This document shows, one piece after another, positions 49,364 through 52,238 of a stretch of DNA of 52,238 nt. The stretch is from Deltaproteobacteria bacterium (GTDB lineage Bacteria > Myxococcota_A > UBA9160 > SMWR01): positions 1 through 52,238 of the forward strand of contig JAQBHB010000076.1 of NCBI GenBank assembly GCA_032128115.1, written 5' to 3'. Position 1 is the stretch's first letter, and every line of letters starts with the position of its first letter. The notes under the pieces are model-generated. The model worked only from the letters and a program-made list of their open reading frames with translations, was not told the origin of the DNA and made no database searches. Made by a program: the position numbers and the translations under genes.

Positions 49364-50011
49364 ATGCCCCGTCTGCGACAGGTACCCCGCGCCGAGGCTC
49401 CGCCCGAGGCGATTCCGATCTACGATCTCATGTTCGGAGACCGCGATCCGGTGGCCGAACCCGGCACGGCCACCGGAACCCCGGGCAACTGGTGGACCGT
49501 GGTGGCCCAGTCGACCGATGTCTTCAAGCACTGCCTGGGCGGCTTCGGTCTCTACCGCAGCCCCCACCGCAAGCTCGATCCGAAACTGCGCGAGTTGGGC
49601 CAGACACGCGCCGGCTTCGCCCGTGGCAGCCAGTTCGTGTTCTCCCAGCACTGCAAGTCCATGCGCTCGGTGGGCTTCGACGAGAAGCACATCGAGGCGA
49701 TTCCCTCCTGGTACACCTCGGATGTCTTCTCACCGGCCGAGCGGGCGGTGCTGGCCTACACCGACGAGCTGGTTCTCCAGGGCGGTCGCGTGCAGGACGC
49801 CACCTTCGACGCGCTTCGGAACCATCTGTCGGAGGAAGAGATCATCGAGTTCACCTACATCACGCTCACCTACGAGCTGCACGCCACCATGTGCCGAGCC
49901 CTGCGCCTGGAGTACGACGACGTGGAGGAGCGGATCGTGGAGATCGCAGCACCCAGCGACGCCGCCAACCGCGACGTACTGGCGGGCGTCGGCCGCCCCG
50001 ATGGGAGCTAG
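49364..50011 (+). CDS. Carboxymuconolactone decarboxylase/AhpD-like protein
   Basis: LDPKLRELG, FVFSQH, ERAVLAYTDEL, LSEEEIIE; GGAGG before ATG 49364. Confidence 0.85.
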   Translation: MPRLRQVPRAEAPPEAIPIYDLMFGDRDPVAEPGTATGTPGNWWTVVAQSTDVFKHCLGGFGLYRSPHRKLDPKLRELGQTRAGFARGSQFVFSQHCKSMRSVGFDEKHIEAIPSWYTSDVFSPAERAVLAYTDELVLQGGRVQDATFDALRNHLSEEEIIEFTYITLTYELHATMCRALRLEYDDVEERIVEIAAPSDAANRDVLAGVGRPDGS

Positions 50012-50026
50012 ACGGGAACCGCTAGA

Positions 50027-50114
50027 CGGGGACGGGGTTGACTATTGACTTTTCATGGCGCCGCCACGCACCTCGAACACCTTGGCGAAAAGTCAATAGT
50101 CAACCCCGTCCCCG
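50027..50114. repeat. 28-bp perfect inverted repeat with 32-bp spacer (REP/MITE-like)
   Basis: CGGGGACGGGGTTGACTATTGACTTTTC (50027-50054) and its exact reverse complement (50087-50114), between convergent genes. Confidence 0.93.
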
Positions 50115-50125
50115 CTCAGGAACGC

Positions 50126-51397
50126 TCAGGGGAGCAGGCGGAGGGGTACGGAGACGGGACCGCGCAGGATCATGGAGCGCACCCAATCGGCGGGCTCCGG
50201 GTCGCCGGTGAATTCGGGGAAGCGCCGCACTAGCGAACCGACGGCGATCTCGGCCTCGAGCTTCGCCAGCTGGCTGCCCAGGCAGAAGTGGTTGCCCAAG
50301 GAAAACGCCAGGTGGTGGTTGTCGCGACGTCCCACGTCCAGGCGGTCCGGGTCGGCGAAGTGCTCCGGGTCGCGATTGGCGGCGGCCAGCACGGCGACCA
50401 CCATCTGGCCCTTTCGGATCACCTGACCGCCGATCTCGCAGTCTGCCAGCACGGCGCGGTCCGTGAACTGGATGGGGCTGTCGAAGCGAAGGAACTCGTC
50501 CACCGCGGTGGTCATGAGCGCGGGGTCGTCCCGCAGGCGCTTGAGCTCGTCCGGGTGGCGCAGGAGCGCCACCACCGCATTGCCGATCAGGTTTGCGGTG
50601 GTCTCGTGACCGGCCACCAGCAACAGGCTTGCCAGCGCCAGGAGATCCAGCTCGCTCAGCGACTGACCGTCTTCCTCGGCCGAGATCATGGCCGAGAGCA
50701 GGTCGTCCCGCGGGCTCGCGCGGCGCGCCGCCAACAGCGGACGGAAGTATTCGAAGAGCCGGTGGTTGGCCCGGCGCGCGGGCTTCATGCCCCCCCGACC
50801 CTGGAAGGGATCCAATAGCTGCACCAGGTCGGCCGAGATCTCGCGAAAGAGCGCCCGGTCTTCCACAGGAACTCCCAACAGCTCCGCGATCGCGATCACC
50901 GGCAGCGGATGGGCCAGATCGCGGATCAGCTCCATCTCGCCGACCTCGCCGGCCCGGTCCAACAGGTCGTCGACGATCCGCTGCAATTTGGGTCGAAGCT
51001 GCTCCACCCGGCGCGGAGTGAAGCCCTTGCTCACCAGGCTTCGCAGGCGCGCGTGGTCCGGCCCGTCCATGGTGAGCAGGTTCCGCTCGATCATGGCCGA
51101 AAAGTCGCGGTCCTTGCGGTTCACGGCGGTGATGAACTTCATCATGGGCACGTCGCTGCGATCTGCGGTGAAGTTTCGATCGCGCAGAACGCGCTGCACG
51201 TCCTGGTAGTGGGTCACCATCCACGCTGCGAACATGCGACTGCGGTAGACCCGGCCACGGCAGCGAAGGGCGCGCCAGGTGGCGTGGGGATCGCGCCGAT
51301 GCTCGGGAAGGAAGGGGTTGAATCCACCGAAGAGGGGATTCGCCAGGCGAAGCAACCGCTCCTGTCGGGTGAGCCACTGGATGAATCGGAACATCAT
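50126..51397 (-). CDS. Cytochrome P450
   Basis: DGPDHARLR, AGHETT (I-helix), EFLR (ExxR), FSLGNHFCLG heme Cys. Confidence 0.96.
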   Translation of the reverse strand: MMFRFIQWLTRQERLLRLANPLFGGFNPFLPEHRRDPHATWRALRCRGRVYRSRMFAAWMVTHYQDVQRVLRDRNFTADRSDVPMMKFITAVNRKDRDFSAMIERNLLTMDGPDHARLRSLVSKGFTPRRVEQLRPKLQRIVDDLLDRAGEVGEMELIRDLAHPLPVIAIAELLGVPVEDRALFREISADLVQLLDPFQGRGGMKPARRANHRLFEYFRPLLAARRASPRDDLLSAMISAEEDGQSLSELDLLALASLLLVAGHETTANLIGNAVVALLRHPDELKRLRDDPALMTTAVDEFLRFDSPIQFTDRAVLADCEIGGQVIRKGQMVVAVLAAANRDPEHFADPDRLDVGRRDNHHLAFSLGNHFCLGSQLAKLEAEIAVGSLVRRFPEFTGDPEPADWVRSMILRGPVSVPLRLLP

Positions 51398-51538
51398 CAC
51401 CCCCGGGATCGGCCCGCTTTCTCGGGCTCCGGTGTGGGGCGCGCACGCAAAAGGGTACGCCAATCCCAGGTTGGACGCAGGGGTCTGCGGGGGCGGGCCT
51501 GCGACTCGAAGCGTAGAATCACGCCGGAGAGCGGGGGT

Positions 51539-52238
51539 GTGCAGGGAGATCGTTCGATCTTGGGCGAGGCGGGCGAACGCCATCTGGGCCTGTTCGGCGC
51601 GACGACCATCGGCGTCGGGGCGATCGTGGGCGGAGGCATCCTGGCGCTGGCCGGCGTCGCGTTCTCCACGGCCGGCCCCGCAGCCCTGCTGGCCTTCGCC
51701 CTGAACGGCGGCATCGCCCTCCTGACGGCCGCGAGCTTCGCCGAGCTCGCGAAGCGCTTCCCGCAATCGGGCGGGACCTACACCTATGCCAAACGGGTGC
51801 TCCCCATCGAGGCCGCCTTCGTGGTGGGCTGGGTCGTGTGGTTCGCATCGATCGTCGCCGGAGTGCTCTACGCCATCGGCTTCGCCGTGTTCGCCGCGGA
51901 GGGCGCGGCAAGGCTGATGACGCTCCTGGGAATCGAGGCGGCGTGGCTGGGCCGCGGCGAGCTGCGCACGGGGCTCGCGCTGGCGGCCACCGCTTTCTAC
52001 ACCCTGGGGCTGGCGCGAAGGGTCGGCGGCGGCGGCATCGGAGTCACGATCGGGAAGGTCGTGGTGTTCGCGGTCCTGATCGTGGGCGGCGGCTTCGCAG
52101 CGCTCTCGGCGCCCCTGCCGCTGACCGAGCGGCTCGATCCTCTGCTCCCCTTCGGAGCCGGCGGCGTCATCGCAGCCATGGGGTACACATTCATCGCGCT
52201 CCAGGGATTCGACCTGATCGCCGCGGTGGGCGGCGAGG
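51539..52238 (+). CDS. APC-family amino acid permease (3' end outside the window)
   Basis: Manual translation: RHLGLFGATTIGVGAIVGGGILAL, SFAELAKRFPQSGGTYTY, FIALQGFDLIA. Confidence 0.9.
   Translation, partial: MQGDRSILGEAGERHLGLFGATTIGVGAIVGGGILALAGVAFSTAGPAALLAFALNGGIALLTAASFAELAKRFPQSGGTYTYAKRVLPIEAAFVVGWVVWFASIVAGVLYAIGFAVFAAEGAARLMTLLGIEAAWLGRGELRTGLALAATAFYTLGLARRVGGGGIGVTIGKVVVFAVLIVGGGFAALSAPLPLTERLDPLLPFGAGGVIAAMGYTFIALQGFDLIAAVGGE

Noticed and set aside
49153..50025. 290-aa ORF overlapping the CMD-family gene as a real protein
   Set aside because: Only the first ~55 codons look protein-like (LLM remnant); the rest is an Arg/Gly/Pro-rich off-frame reading.

Overview
High-GC bacterial chromosomal segment. 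The gene content (Dif-type chemosensory cluster, DUF3604, LpoA-like lipoprotein) suggests Myxococcota or another deltaproteobacterial lineage; this is inference. Positions 1-20.2 kb are mostly housekeeping. On the minus strand run hemW-hrcA-grpE-dnaK-dnaJ-lpoA-like-lon-thiL, then MCP-cheW-cheY-cheA; an M16 peptidase, ggt, a cyclophilin and tRNA-Phe(GAA) follow. Beyond the tRNA the region is accessory and catabolic. Best candidate for an undescribed system: an 8-gene MarR-headed operon (32.1-39.5 kb) centred on a selenoprotein that the ORF track splits in two. It has an in-frame UGA in a D-U-G-S-C motif, a SECIS-like hairpin 11 nt downstream, and resembles the active-site region of glycine/D-proline reductase selenoprotein B. 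It is encoded with a conserved partner protein, three amidohydrolases, an F420-type LLM enzyme and a cupin, and an MFS importer is transcribed divergently. Other signals: an A10 slippery tract in cheA just after the Hpt domain, with stops in both alternative frames; a cheA::transaldolase in-frame chimera at the window edge; a 15-bp copy of the tRNA-Phe anticodon arm bracketing a 3.7-kb islet; several genes collapsed by in-frame internal deletions; a triplicated RBS-ATG unit; and a 28-bp perfect inverted-repeat element. Family calls come from motif recognition by eye; no searches were run.
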